Virus record (IMG/VR): IMGVR_UViG_3300032286_000710
Coordinates: 32,001-96,000 of that record
DNA: 64,000 nt
DNA from: a virus
Strand: one strand, 5' to 3'
Part shown: piece by piece, positions 28,811 to 38,626 of the stretch
How the letters are laid out: each line of letters begins with the position of its first letter
Numbering within the stretch: the stretch's first letter is position 1
Notes under the pieces: model-generated
Told to the model about the DNA's origin: nothing
What the model saw: only the letters and a program-made list of their open reading frames with translations
Databases searched by the model: none
Made by a program: the position numbers and the translations under genes

Positions 28811-29926
28811 GTGAAAATACTTTATATAGGACATTATAAAGAAAGTAGCGGTTGGTCAAAAGCCGCTATAGATTTGATATTAGCTATGGATTCAGTAGGA
28901 ATCGATGTTACGTGTAGAAATATAAAGCTAACATCTAAAAGTGCTGAAATTCCAAATAGAATTTTGGAGTTAGAAAAAAAACCTCTAAAAAATATTGATA
29001 TTTGTATACAGCATGTTTTGCCTCACCATATTGTGGGTACTTCCAAGTTTAAGAAAAATATAGCTTATTATGTGTCAGAATCAAGTACTATTAATTTTAA
29101 TAATTGGTCTTCTAGCTTAAAATTAGTCGATGAATTATGGGTTCCTAATAGCACCTCCTTAAAAAATATGCAAAAGGACGGATTTGAAAATATAAAATAC
29201 GTACCACACGCTTTTGATTTGTCAATATATAAAAATAAGACCAGCACCAAAATAAACTTTGGAGAGAAAAATAGCACATTTAAATTTTATTATATAGCAG
29301 ATTTAAATGAGAGAAAGAACATAGAATCAATTATTAAATGTTTTCATAGTGAATTCCACAGATATGAACCGGTATCATTGATATTAAAAGTCAAAAAATT
29401 TGGAGTTCATCCATCAGAACTACATAAACATGTAAAAGATATATGCAACTCAATCAAAAAAACTTTAAGAATATATCCTAGTGCGGAAGATTATCACGAA
29501 GAAATAATTATTCCAAATGATATGACAGGGGACGAGATTGACGCACTACATAATTCTTGCGATTGCTTGATTAATACAACTCATGGTGAGGGCTGGTCAA
29601 TACCAGCTTTTGATGCTATGTGCTTTGGGAAAACTCCAATCTGTGGTAATGAAGGTGGTCCAAAAGAGTTTATAAAAGATAAGAGTTCTGGCACATTGAT
29701 CAGTGGCGTAAGTGGAGTTTGCGAACATTCTGACCCAGCTTTTAATAACATATTCACTGGTAGGGAGTCTTGGTTTGTTCCAGATGAAGAAGAAGTAAAA
29801 TCTGCGATGAGATACTATTACGAAAACAAAGATTTAATTGATAGAGCTAGAGGTCTTAAAGATGCAGAAGAGTTTTCATACGAAAATGTAGGGAATCTAA
29901 TAAGGGGATTGCTAGATGTACAATAA
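28811..29926 (+). CDS. Glycosyltransferase family 4
   Basis: SGWS, ERKNI, HGEGWSIPAFDAMCFG. Confidence 0.85.
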   Translation: MKILYIGHYKESSGWSKAAIDLILAMDSVGIDVTCRNIKLTSKSAEIPNRILELEKKPLKNIDICIQHVLPHHIVGTSKFKKNIAYYVSESSTINFNNWSSSLKLVDELWVPNSTSLKNMQKDGFENIKYVPHAFDLSIYKNKTSTKINFGEKNSTFKFYYIADLNERKNIESIIKCFHSEFHRYEPVSLILKVKKFGVHPSELHKHVKDICNSIKKTLRIYPSAEDYHEEIIIPNDMTGDEIDALHNSCDCLINTTHGEGWSIPAFDAMCFGKTPICGNEGGPKEFIKDKSSGTLISGVSGVCEHSDPAFNNIFTGRESWFVPDEEEVKSAMRYYYENKDLIDRARGLKDAEEFSYENVGNLIRGLLDVQ

Positions 29927-30908
29927 TACAGTAGACAGACTGATTAGTATAGCAAATAAGGAAAAACCAGAAAAGTATAATATACTCACCTTTCCTACTC
30001 ATGAAAGATATGAGAGCGAATTATGCAAAACTGGCCATAATTTCTATGCGCTAAATACAAAAAATATGAAAAAGTGGAATGTTGAGCAAACACAAGTTCC
30101 TGCCAACTATCATATTCTTCCAGACGATCAGCTATGTGATTATTTAAACTATGACTTTATTCTAGTTCAAAGCAAATTTGGTCAATTTCAAGTTGCACAA
30201 AATATAAATCAGACTCTAAGTTTGCCAATTATATGTTTAGAGCATACCCTTCCAACCCCACAAACAATTTCTAAAAGTCAGTTAGAACAAATGCGTAATA
30301 TGCGTGGGGATGTAAATGTATTTATATCAAATTTTTCTAAAAAAGCTTGGGGCTTAGAAGGTATAATAGTGCATCATGGAGTAGATACTAAAATGTTTGC
30401 ACCAAGGGATAATCCAAAGAACTCTAAAATACTTACAGTAGCTAATGATTTCATAAATCGTGATTATTGTTTGAACTATTCTGGATGGAAACGTGTAACA
30501 GATGGATTAGAAGTAAGAGTAGTTGGAGAAACTAAGGGATTATCAGAGTCAGCAAAATCAATTGAAGATCTAGTAGATGAATATAATTCTTGCTCAGTAT
30601 ATTTTAATAGTTCTACATTAAGTCCAATACCTACCTCACTATTGGAAGCTATGGCTTGTGGATGTGCCGTTGTTTCTACTGCGACTTGCATGATACCAGA
30701 TATTATTCAAAATGGGAAAAATGGATACATTTCTAATGACGAAAAAGAGTTAAGATACTATTTGCAGCATATTATAAATGATGAAGGGATAAGAAAAACT
30801 CTTGGGCAAAATGCCAGACAAACTATAATAGACATGTTTTCAGAGGAAGGGTTTATTAATACGTGGAATTCAATATTTGACAACATATACGAGGTATCAA
30901 ACACATGA
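29916..30908 (+). CDS. Glycosyltransferase family 4
   Basis: HGVD, PTSLLEAMACGCAVV, IIQNGKNG. Confidence 0.85.
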   Translation: MYNNTVDRLISIANKEKPEKYNILTFPTHERYESELCKTGHNFYALNTKNMKKWNVEQTQVPANYHILPDDQLCDYLNYDFILVQSKFGQFQVAQNINQTLSLPIICLEHTLPTPQTISKSQLEQMRNMRGDVNVFISNFSKKAWGLEGIIVHHGVDTKMFAPRDNPKNSKILTVANDFINRDYCLNYSGWKRVTDGLEVRVVGETKGLSESAKSIEDLVDEYNSCSVYFNSSTLSPIPTSLLEAMACGCAVVSTATCMIPDIIQNGKNGYISNDEKELRYYLQHIINDEGIRKTLGQNARQTIIDMFSEEGFINTWNSIFDNIYEVSNT

Positions 30909-31321
30909 AATTACAGATATTAACAGACATAAAAGATTGTATAGATGGGTACAATCCAGCATTTTTAGATAATGAAGTTTTGAATGTAGATGTTCCAGAT
31001 AATTCCGTATCGTCAATATTAATGATAGGATCTATAGAGAGCGTATCATATAAGTCGCTAGACAATCTATTGAATTCTGTTAGGCGTATTCTCAGAAGAA
31101 ATGGTAAAGTTGTAATAAGTGGTATAGATATTAATTGTATTAGTAGAGATTTGATAAATAGAGTTATAGACGCAAAAACATATAATGAAGTTGTTTTTAG
31201 CAAAAATGGGATATATGATTCTAAAGAATTGTGCAATAAGTTGTCATTTTTAGGTCTTACTATAGAAAAAGTTACTTTAAAAGGATCAGTATATGAATTA
31301 CATGCCTCCCGATCCAACTAA
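30905..31321 (+). CDS. Degenerate methyltransferase-like protein
   Basis: PDNSVSSI...RRILRRNGKVVI resembles class I MTase C-terminal half; no GxG SAM-binding motif. Confidence 0.5.
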   Translation: MKLQILTDIKDCIDGYNPAFLDNEVLNVDVPDNSVSSILMIGSIESVSYKSLDNLLNSVRRILRRNGKVVISGIDINCISRDLINRVIDAKTYNEVVFSKNGIYDSKELCNKLSFLGLTIEKVTLKGSVYELHASRSN

Positions 31322-32027
31322 ACAAACCAGTTGTAAAAACTGTATATTTGCTATCTATGAAGATAACACACAGGTTGGGTGTGAAGATAATAGGGTTTCC
31401 AAATTTGGGGATTTAGTTATAGAAGCCTATGATGATTCAAAAGAGTTTTATGTAATAAACAGGCTATGTAATCTCTATAGAAATATTAAGTGGAATGATG
31501 GAATAAAAGACGTATCCAAAGCTAAGAAAGAGTCTTGCCTGAGTTTTGACGTATTAATAGATTGTGACGATATAAATGATCAGTATAGGAATAAAATCAT
31601 AGAAGAGATTAGCAAGTTAGACTATCCTAAAGAAAAATGCGTAATATCTCTTTTTCAATCTTATACTTGCGATAAGACCCAAAGAGAAGAAGCGATAGGT
31701 ATTCATGCCCATCATCCTACTACTAATTTATCGGTTTACTTCGACAGGACAGATTACATACATTCATTCCTATCAAAATCTAGGAATTCATTTCATTTAA
31801 TATTGAATAAAAACAACATAGATAATTTTTCTAATTTTATCATCAGTGTTGACAAATTAGTGAATGATGATCTAAAAAGATTTATTTTGTGTAAGGGTGA
31901 CAATAAGCTTACAATATCTAATACAGCCTGTAGAATTATATATCAAAATTTATATTCAGAATATGAAAATAATGTTGCTATTATGATAGAAGATGCTAAA
32001 AAGGAAAATTTATATATTGAGCTTTAA
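31293..32027 (+). CDS. Hypothetical protein: Cys-rich N-terminus plus degenerate GT2-like region
   Basis: CKNC..C..C; SKLDYPKEK resembles GT2 N-terminal LDYP motif. Confidence 0.45.
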   Translation: MNYMPPDPTKQTSCKNCIFAIYEDNTQVGCEDNRVSKFGDLVIEAYDDSKEFYVINRLCNLYRNIKWNDGIKDVSKAKKESCLSFDVLIDCDDINDQYRNKIIEEISKLDYPKEKCVISLFQSYTCDKTQREEAIGIHAHHPTTNLSVYFDRTDYIHSFLSKSRNSFHLILNKNNIDNFSNFIISVDKLVNDDLKRFILCKGDNKLTISNTACRIIYQNLYSEYENNVAIMIEDAKKENLYIEL

Positions 32028-32028
32028 G

Positions 32029-32805
32029 ATGTCTAAAACAAGAACAAAAAAGAACAACAAGATAAAAACTGTTCCAGTTTCAATAAAAGAAGATAAAGTA
32101 CTAGCAGACTTAATAAGCATAGTCATTTTATGCGACTTGCCGGGATATAGAATGAAATCTTATGGCCCAACGTCGCTAGTTAGCATAAACAACAAATGTC
32201 TAATCGACTTACAAATAGATGCCATAAAAAAGACTTTTTCAAACTACGAGATAATACTATGTGTCGGATTTGATTCAGAAAAAATATACAAATATATTAG
32301 ATCAAAATATAAAAACATAAATATCAGATTGGTTGAAAACCAAATATTTAACTCTTGCAACTCATGTGAGGGTGCTAGGTTAGCTATAAATAATACGCTT
32401 AATGACAAAATATTGATATTGGACGGGAGCCTATTGATTCATAAGAAAACCCTTATTAATATAGATACAACTAAAATATGTGCTCTAATAGAAAAACACC
32501 CATCTGAAAATCTAGAAGTTGGTATAAACATAAATTCTGAAAACAAAGCACAACATTTTTCATTTGGTGCTTATAGAACTTGGTCGGAACTAATATATAT
32601 AAGTGGAATAGACGCAATAGAGAATATAAGAAAATTTCTGAATAATGACGAGAGTAAAAAGAAGTTTATCTTTGAGGCTATGAACGATCTTTTAAAGAAT
32701 AAATATGAAATTCTTTGCATAGAGAACAAGTTTCCAATTTATAAAATAAGCAATATTAAGACATATCATAACATAAAGGACAACCATGAAATTTTTAATA
32801 TCTAA
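32029..32805 (+). CDS. Sugar-phosphate nucleotidyltransferase-like protein (degenerate motif)
   Basis: IVILCDLPGYRMKSYGPTSL corresponds to ILAAGxGxRM...PKxL. Confidence 0.65.
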   Translation: MSKTRTKKNNKIKTVPVSIKEDKVLADLISIVILCDLPGYRMKSYGPTSLVSINNKCLIDLQIDAIKKTFSNYEIILCVGFDSEKIYKYIRSKYKNINIRLVENQIFNSCNSCEGARLAINNTLNDKILILDGSLLIHKKTLINIDTTKICALIEKHPSENLEVGININSENKAQHFSFGAYRTWSELIYISGIDAIENIRKFLNNDESKKKFIFEAMNDLLKNKYEILCIENKFPIYKISNIKTYHNIKDNHEIFNI

Positions 32806-33595
32806 TTACAGCAACCCTTGGAATACTGAGCCTTATTATTTCAATGGTGGATTAAATTTGCTAGAGGGTGTAAGCTCTGAAATGTTTAACAATAATCAAA
32901 GTGCATATGACAACTTTGATGCAGTTAACCCCGATATTTTTATAACCCACCTAGCTCATATTACCAAAGATATTGTTTCTTACCTTAGTGACAATAAGAA
33001 AGTACATCCCATCATTAATACAAATTGGACTAAATTAGATAATATAAATGGCGTTTGCTCTGCCCTGTTATCGCAAAATATAACACCTATTTTCTTTGGT
33101 TTTAATGACATCAAGGTAGATAATGCTAAATATTTTAGGATATTGCCGGGAGCAGATACTTTTCTAAAAAATGACACCAAGCAGTACTCTATTAATAAAT
33201 TAATTTTTGTTAATAAACAAGAAGAAATTGTAGATCTTGATGGAACATACCACTACGCAACTATAAACCAAGAAGTGTCACAATATGTTGATATTTTTTT
33301 ACCCATTACATTGTTGAACAATATCTTTGACAACTATGACGAGATAGTTTTTAAAAATAGCCTCTACATTGGATCTCAGCTATCTTTTAATGCTATATAT
33401 AGTGGAACTAAGGTTATATTTGACACAAAGGATTCAAATGACTTAGACAAGATAGATAATATATTTAAAGGGCAAAAACTATTATCCTCTGTTAAAAATA
33501 AACATACATGTTTGCACAGGGTGAAGTCGCTGTTATCACAACTGTCTTTATCAGATTTGGCCCATAAGATGGAGGACGAAATAAACAAATCATGA
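32786..33595 (+). CDS. Hypothetical protein, possible degenerate CgeB-like glycosyltransferase
   Basis: C-terminal KHTCLHRV resembles HTYxHR of CgeB-like GTs; cluster context. Confidence 0.45.
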   Translation: MKFLISNYSNPWNTEPYYFNGGLNLLEGVSSEMFNNNQSAYDNFDAVNPDIFITHLAHITKDIVSYLSDNKKVHPIINTNWTKLDNINGVCSALLSQNITPIFFGFNDIKVDNAKYFRILPGADTFLKNDTKQYSINKLIFVNKQEEIVDLDGTYHYATINQEVSQYVDIFLPITLLNNIFDNYDEIVFKNSLYIGSQLSFNAIYSGTKVIFDTKDSNDLDKIDNIFKGQKLLSSVKNKHTCLHRVKSLLSQLSLSDLAHKMEDEINKS

Positions 33596-34329
33596 GCGTA
33601 ACAGTCATACTTAACGGTTATAGAAGACCGCAGGCTTTAAGAGAGCAATATGATGCTATAAAGAATCAAACCCATAAGGACATTAAAGTAATGTTCTGGG
33701 GCAATTATAATGAGGAAACATTCAATCTATTTCCACCAGAAGTTCTATCTCAATGCACTACCGCTTTTTGTAACGAGAACCTTGGTGTATGGGCTAGATT
33801 TGCTTTTGCTTTGAATGCAAATACTAAATATATTTGTATGATTGATGATGATACCATACCGGGAAAGAAATGGATAGAACATTGTCTCAATGTATCTCAG
33901 ACCACTAATGGATTAATAGGTGGTCGAGGAGTAAGATTTACTGATAGTGATTATGCTAATTATCCCGGTTGTAAATATGAGGGGGTTGGCAAAGGCAACA
34001 AAGAAATAAAGAGAGTAGATATAATAGGTCACTCATGGTTTTTTGAAAAAGATTGGCTAAGATTTTACTGGTTAGATATGCCAAATGTTCAGCTTCTTTC
34101 TGGAGGCGAAGATATGCATTTTTCTTACGTCTTACAAAAGAGATTAGGATTGTACTCTTACATACCCCCACAGCCAGAGGATGATCCAGACTTTTGGGCA
34201 TCCAAAAATCCCAGCAAGTATGGAGAAGACATGGTTGCTACTTCAAGAACATCGTCTGGTCATATGCAAGCAAATAGTTATTGGAATTTTATGCTTTCTC
34301 AAGGATATAAACTGGCAAAGGATTCATGA
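33592..34329 (+). CDS. GT-A fold glycosyltransferase (GT2-like)
   Basis: VILNGYRRP, IDDDT (DxD), GEDMHFS. Confidence 0.8.
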   Translation: MSVTVILNGYRRPQALREQYDAIKNQTHKDIKVMFWGNYNEETFNLFPPEVLSQCTTAFCNENLGVWARFAFALNANTKYICMIDDDTIPGKKWIEHCLNVSQTTNGLIGGRGVRFTDSDYANYPGCKYEGVGKGNKEIKRVDIIGHSWFFEKDWLRFYWLDMPNVQLLSGGEDMHFSYVLQKRLGLYSYIPPQPEDDPDFWASKNPSKYGEDMVATSRTSSGHMQANSYWNFMLSQGYKLAKDS

Positions 34330-35327
34330 TGTTACTTATAGCATTTGGCACTAGACCAGAATGGATTAAAATTAAGCCAGTGGTAGATAAAATCAATGGT
34401 AAAATTCCATTTAGACTACTCTGCACTGGTCAGCATAGTTCACTAATAGATGATAGTTTAAAACAATACTCTTTGTCTTATTTGAAGATACAAGATCAAG
34501 TAGCAAATAGATTGGATTCTATTGTTACCAGTATTTTAAATCAGGTGGATGATTATTTAGATGATATAACACACGTGATGATTCAAGGAGATACTACTTC
34601 CGCTTTTGCTATAGCGTTAGCAGCATTCCATAGAAAATTAAAAATAATTCATTTAGAAGCTGGGTTACGAAGTTGGGACAAAAATAATCCATATCCAGAA
34701 GAATTTAATAGAATTTCTATAGGATCTATGGCAGACATTCATTTATGTCCAACATTACAGTGCAAAGAAAATTTAAGAAAAATAAAGAGCATGTGGAGTT
34801 CACCCTTTGTTGTTGGAAATACTGTTTTAGATAATTTAGTAAATATAGAACCAAGTTTAAGTAATATGGTTTTTGTTACTATGCACAGGCGTGAAAACAT
34901 ACAATTAATAGATAAATGGTTTACAGTAATAAATAATCTAGCTATTTCTCACCCAGAATTAAAATTTGTATTTCCTATGCATCCAAATCCAGAAATAAGA
35001 AAGCATAAAGAGTTGCTCACTCATGTAGAAGCAATCGACCCGCTACCATATATTCAATGTTTAGACTATATTGCTAAATGTGGATTAGTTATAACTGATA
35101 GTGGTGGATTGCAGGAAGAATCCGCTTTTTTGAAAAAGAAATGCATAGTTTGTAGGCTAACCACAGAAAGAACAGAGGGAGAACATACATTCTCAGAGTT
35201 GTGCTATGAGCCAGATATGCTTGAAGAAATATTCAATAGAACAAAAATAGAATTAGTGGATGCTCCATGTCCATATGGAGATGGGAAATCTAGTGAAAAA
35301 ATACTAAAAATCTTGGAGAATCTATGA
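34326..35327 (+). CDS. wecB: UDP-N-acetylglucosamine 2-epimerase (non-hydrolysing)
   Basis: GTRPEWIK, TGQH, QGDT, HLEAGLRS, PEE, HRREN, TDSGGLQEE, PYGDG. Confidence 0.93.
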   Translation: MMLLIAFGTRPEWIKIKPVVDKINGKIPFRLLCTGQHSSLIDDSLKQYSLSYLKIQDQVANRLDSIVTSILNQVDDYLDDITHVMIQGDTTSAFAIALAAFHRKLKIIHLEAGLRSWDKNNPYPEEFNRISIGSMADIHLCPTLQCKENLRKIKSMWSSPFVVGNTVLDNLVNIEPSLSNMVFVTMHRRENIQLIDKWFTVINNLAISHPELKFVFPMHPNPEIRKHKELLTHVEAIDPLPYIQCLDYIAKCGLVITDSGGLQEESAFLKKKCIVCRLTTERTEGEHTFSELCYEPDMLEEIFNRTKIELVDAPCPYGDGKSSEKILKILENL

Positions 35328-36043
35328 AGAATTTTAGAAGTGACTTAATTACCTTCAAGGAAAAAATAAAAAACAAACAAAACTTTAGCTTTTCAAAGTA
35401 TGCTGATGGTGAATGGGCGGTCATACAGAATAAGCCATTAAACAATGGTGAATTTTGGTTTAATCCAGACGATCCAGAAGATCAGAAAAAGAGACAAGCA
35501 CTAATAGATTCATTTCAGTATAAACACCCTAACTATTATGTTGGAATTTCTTGTCCATGTTGCCAAGGAATAGATACTTTTAATGAAATGTATGATTTTT
35601 CTGGTCAAAACGATAACCATTTAACTTGGGCCAATCTATGGGTTAATAGCAATTATAATTATTATGTAAGCAACATATTGCCTCTTTATAAAGAGCGTTC
35701 AGTGGTTCTTTTCTGTAATAAAAATGCTACCGTAGAGAGGTTGCCATTTAGACCACATGTTATATTTCGTGTTGAGAATAATGCTTGGGCATATAATTGG
35801 GATGCAATATCATCCGCTAAAAAAATGATATCTAAGTTAACAGAAAAAAATGTACTTTTCTTGTTTTGTTGTGGTCCTTTTGGTAATATACTATGTCACG
35901 AATTAACGAATTATTGTGACGAACACACCTATTTAGATATAGGATCAACGCTTAATCCTTTCCTACAATCTGCTGGATTTGAACGACATTATTATATGGG
36001 AAACAATATTTTTTCAAATCTAACATGCTCTTGGGGAAAATAA
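35324..36043 (+). CDS. GT-D fold-like (DUF1792-like) glycosyltransferase
   Basis: FSFSKYADGE (cf. RFGDGE) and LDIGS motifs. Confidence 0.6.
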   Translation: MKNFRSDLITFKEKIKNKQNFSFSKYADGEWAVIQNKPLNNGEFWFNPDDPEDQKKRQALIDSFQYKHPNYYVGISCPCCQGIDTFNEMYDFSGQNDNHLTWANLWVNSNYNYYVSNILPLYKERSVVLFCNKNATVERLPFRPHVIFRVENNAWAYNWDAISSAKKMISKLTEKNVLFLFCCGPFGNILCHELTNYCDEHTYLDIGSTLNPFLQSAGFERHYYMGNNIFSNLTCSWGK

Positions 36044-36044
36044 T

Positions 36045-36533
36045 ATGAATTTAGGAATATACATAAGCAATTTGATGGATACCGAACAACTCAATAGTGT
36101 CAGTAAATTGGTAGACGATAATGTATCAAATAAACTAGTTCATGATATTAGTATATTTTATGATGATATCGCTTTTAATCCAAATAATACAAGGTGTGGG
36201 ATGTTTAACTCTACAGACTTGTGGAGTTTTAATGGTAATCTTGTAGTTACATCTTTGAATGCCCTAAATACCGCTTTGAATATAGTGAACAATATTAATA
36301 TATTTTATTATCATGGGTGGCAACAAGAAAAGAATGTATTAAACTTGGTAATGTCTACAAGAAACGAAGTAAAAATTATTTGTAGATCAAAAAAAGACCA
36401 AAAAGAAATATATAGACTAACCGGCAAGAAGCCTGTTGGAGTCTCAGAAAATTTTGAAAATATTGTAGACCTACTATCGGAGTGCAAAGATGAACACAAA
36501 TCAAATAATAACAATGTATACCAAACAGCATAA
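36045..36533 (+). CDS. Hypothetical protein
   Basis: ORF in coupled operon. Confidence 0.55.
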   Translation: MNLGIYISNLMDTEQLNSVSKLVDDNVSNKLVHDISIFYDDIAFNPNNTRCGMFNSTDLWSFNGNLVVTSLNALNTALNIVNNINIFYYHGWQQEKNVLNLVMSTRNEVKIICRSKKDQKEIYRLTGKKPVGVSENFENIVDLLSECKDEHKSNNNNVYQTA

Positions 36534-37257
36534 GAGTACTTATGAGATTGCGGAGGAGTTAAATACTTACCCCAATCGTATAAGGCGTATTCTTATCAAG
36601 AGTGGCGTTAATTTAAAGACTAAAAGTGAGGCACAGAAGAATGCAATAGAGAGTGGAACTGCTACTCATCCAACTAGCGGCAAGATAAGAACACAAGAAG
36701 AAAAGCTAAAGATTAGTTCTGGTCTTAAAAAGTATTGGGATGACATGTCAGATGAGATATACGAATCTCGCGTTGCACAATCTAAGAAAAGATGGGAAGA
36801 ATTATCCGATGTAGAAAAGGATAAAATGATGAGTGCTGCTATTAAAAGTATTCAAATTGCTGGCAAGGAAGGATCTAAATTAGAAAAGTTTTTATATGAA
36901 GAAATAACTCGGGGGGGATATAGTGTTGAATATCACAAAAAGCACCTTATCCAAAATCATGACATGGAACTTGACATGTACGTTCCGTCGATCAAGACTA
37001 TAATAGAGGTAGACGGCCCATCTCACTTCTTACCAATATGGGGAGAAGAGAAGCTTCAAAAGCAAATAAAAGCCGATACCCAAAAAAGTGGTCTAATTTT
37101 GAGCAAGGGTATGGTTATTTTGAGAATAAAAAACTTATCTGACTCGGTTTGTTTAGCCGATAAGGAGAAGTTGAGACTTGACATTTTGAAATGCTTGGGT
37201 AAAATAAAGGAGTCGTTCCCTCCAAAATCAGAAAGGTATATAGAGATTGAAATATGA
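36490..37257 (+). CDS. Vsr/DUF559-like endonuclease with HTH and NUMOD3-like DNA-binding segments
   Basis: STYEIAEELNT..NRIRRIL; RTQEEKLKIS; LDMYVP..IIEVDGPSH. Confidence 0.75.
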   Translation: MNTNQIITMYTKQHKSTYEIAEELNTYPNRIRRILIKSGVNLKTKSEAQKNAIESGTATHPTSGKIRTQEEKLKISSGLKKYWDDMSDEIYESRVAQSKKRWEELSDVEKDKMMSAAIKSIQIAGKEGSKLEKFLYEEITRGGYSVEYHKKHLIQNHDMELDMYVPSIKTIIEVDGPSHFLPIWGEEKLQKQIKADTQKSGLILSKGMVILRIKNLSDSVCLADKEKLRLDILKCLGKIKESFPPKSERYIEIEI

Positions 37258-38009
37258 GTAATATTGAAAGTATTTTTGAAGAAGTAGTATTATCGTCGCC
37301 TAGTAACACAAATACATCAGTTAAGGACGTTGTAGTGTCAGATGTTCCATCCATGCTTTCCCCAGAGTGGCATGACTATGCTATGACTCTATTCACTGAG
37401 TCGGAGATGGTTGATGGTCATCCTCTAGTTGCCGGTTTGAGGCGTGTAGCAGAGCTTGTGCTGGGTCCAATTATGTTTAGTGGGCCAACACAAGTCTTTC
37501 CAGTTCAAAGAGAAGATCATCACGGCAGAGCAACCGTTATATTTAGCGTAGAATTCGCTAATGGTATGAGATATGCAGAAGTAGCAGATTCTTGGGAAGG
37601 TAATACTGATGATATGTTCTGTGCTTTTGCTGTTGCTATTGCTAGCACTAGAGCAGAAGCAAGGGCTTTGCGTAAGGCACTAAAGATTAAGGGTGTTGCT
37701 GCCGAAGAACTAACTAAGAAGGATACAGCAAAGATCGTCAGGGATATTTCTAATACTAAGAATGCTAGCGAGGGCGAGTATGACGATCAGAGTAGAATGA
37801 GTGATGCACAGTACAACTTTATTGATGTAAAGTGTAAGCAACTCAATATTGATGGAGAAAAGCTATTTGCACGTTTTAGTGTTGATAGCGGTAAGAAGGT
37901 TTCTAAAAAGATCGCTAGTGAAATCATTGATTCACTAAACGATTACCAGCGTGATAAGAGTTCAATTCCACAAGATATTACAGGCTATAAACAGGAGTGG
38001 CGTAAATGA
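37254..38009 (+). CDS. Rad52/Sak-like single-strand annealing protein (putative)
   Basis: GLRRVAE, ATVIFSV, AIASTRAEARALRKALKI. Confidence 0.55.
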   Translation: MSNIESIFEEVVLSSPSNTNTSVKDVVVSDVPSMLSPEWHDYAMTLFTESEMVDGHPLVAGLRRVAELVLGPIMFSGPTQVFPVQREDHHGRATVIFSVEFANGMRYAEVADSWEGNTDDMFCAFAVAIASTRAEARALRKALKIKGVAAEELTKKDTAKIVRDISNTKNASEGEYDDQSRMSDAQYNFIDVKCKQLNIDGEKLFARFSVDSGKKVSKKIASEIIDSLNDYQRDKSSIPQDITGYKQEWRK

Positions 38010-38341
38010 AGATTCTATATACAACAAAGAATGGCAGACTACAGGCAGAAATAGAGGGTGAGTCACAGAAGGATCTATTTAATGAACTAAGTAGATTTCA
38101 AGAAGTATTTGAGGAAACCACATGTGCAAAGTGTGGATCTGATGATATTCGATTTGTGGTTCGCACCGTAGATGATAATCAGTACTATGAACTTCGTTGC
38201 ATGAAGTGTGGTGCTAGACTATCATTTGGTGTCCATAAGAAGGGTGGCGGTCTATTTCCAAAGCGTAAGGATAATGAAGGTAACTGGCTTTCCGATAACG
38301 GTTGGGTTAAGTGGAATCCAAAGACGGAGAAGGCAGAATGA
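38006..38341 (+). CDS. Zinc-ribbon hypothetical protein
   Basis: CAKCGS...CMKCGA. Confidence 0.65.
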   Translation: MKILYTTKNGRLQAEIEGESQKDLFNELSRFQEVFEETTCAKCGSDDIRFVVRTVDDNQYYELRCMKCGARLSFGVHKKGGGLFPKRKDNEGNWLSDNGWVKWNPKTEKAE

Positions 38342-38619
38342 GATGTTTAGCACTACTATTTATGCTGATAGGAATATCAAATGAGGGATTTGCTAATTAT
38401 CCAGTTTACATTGTTCCACAACCAGTTCCAGTTGTTCAGCAACCGGTGGTTGTCCAAACTATGGTATACCAAGCACCACAATTAATAGTTACGGTTCCTG
38501 TACCAGTAGTAGTTTATCCTCAACCAATTATTGATCAAAGAATTTATTGGGGGTATCCTTACTATACAACAACACCTATGCCGGTCGAAAGACACAGACA
38601 TAGGTGCTGGAATTATTGA
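38338..38619 (+). CDS. Secreted Pro/Val/Tyr-rich small protein
   Basis: Signal peptide MRCLALLFMLIGISNEGFA, then PQPVPVVQQPVVV low-complexity sequence. Confidence 0.55.
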   Translation: MRCLALLFMLIGISNEGFANYPVYIVPQPVPVVQQPVVVQTMVYQAPQLIVTVPVPVVVYPQPIIDQRIYWGYPYYTTTPMPVERHRHRCWNY

Positions 38620-38626
38620 TGATTTG

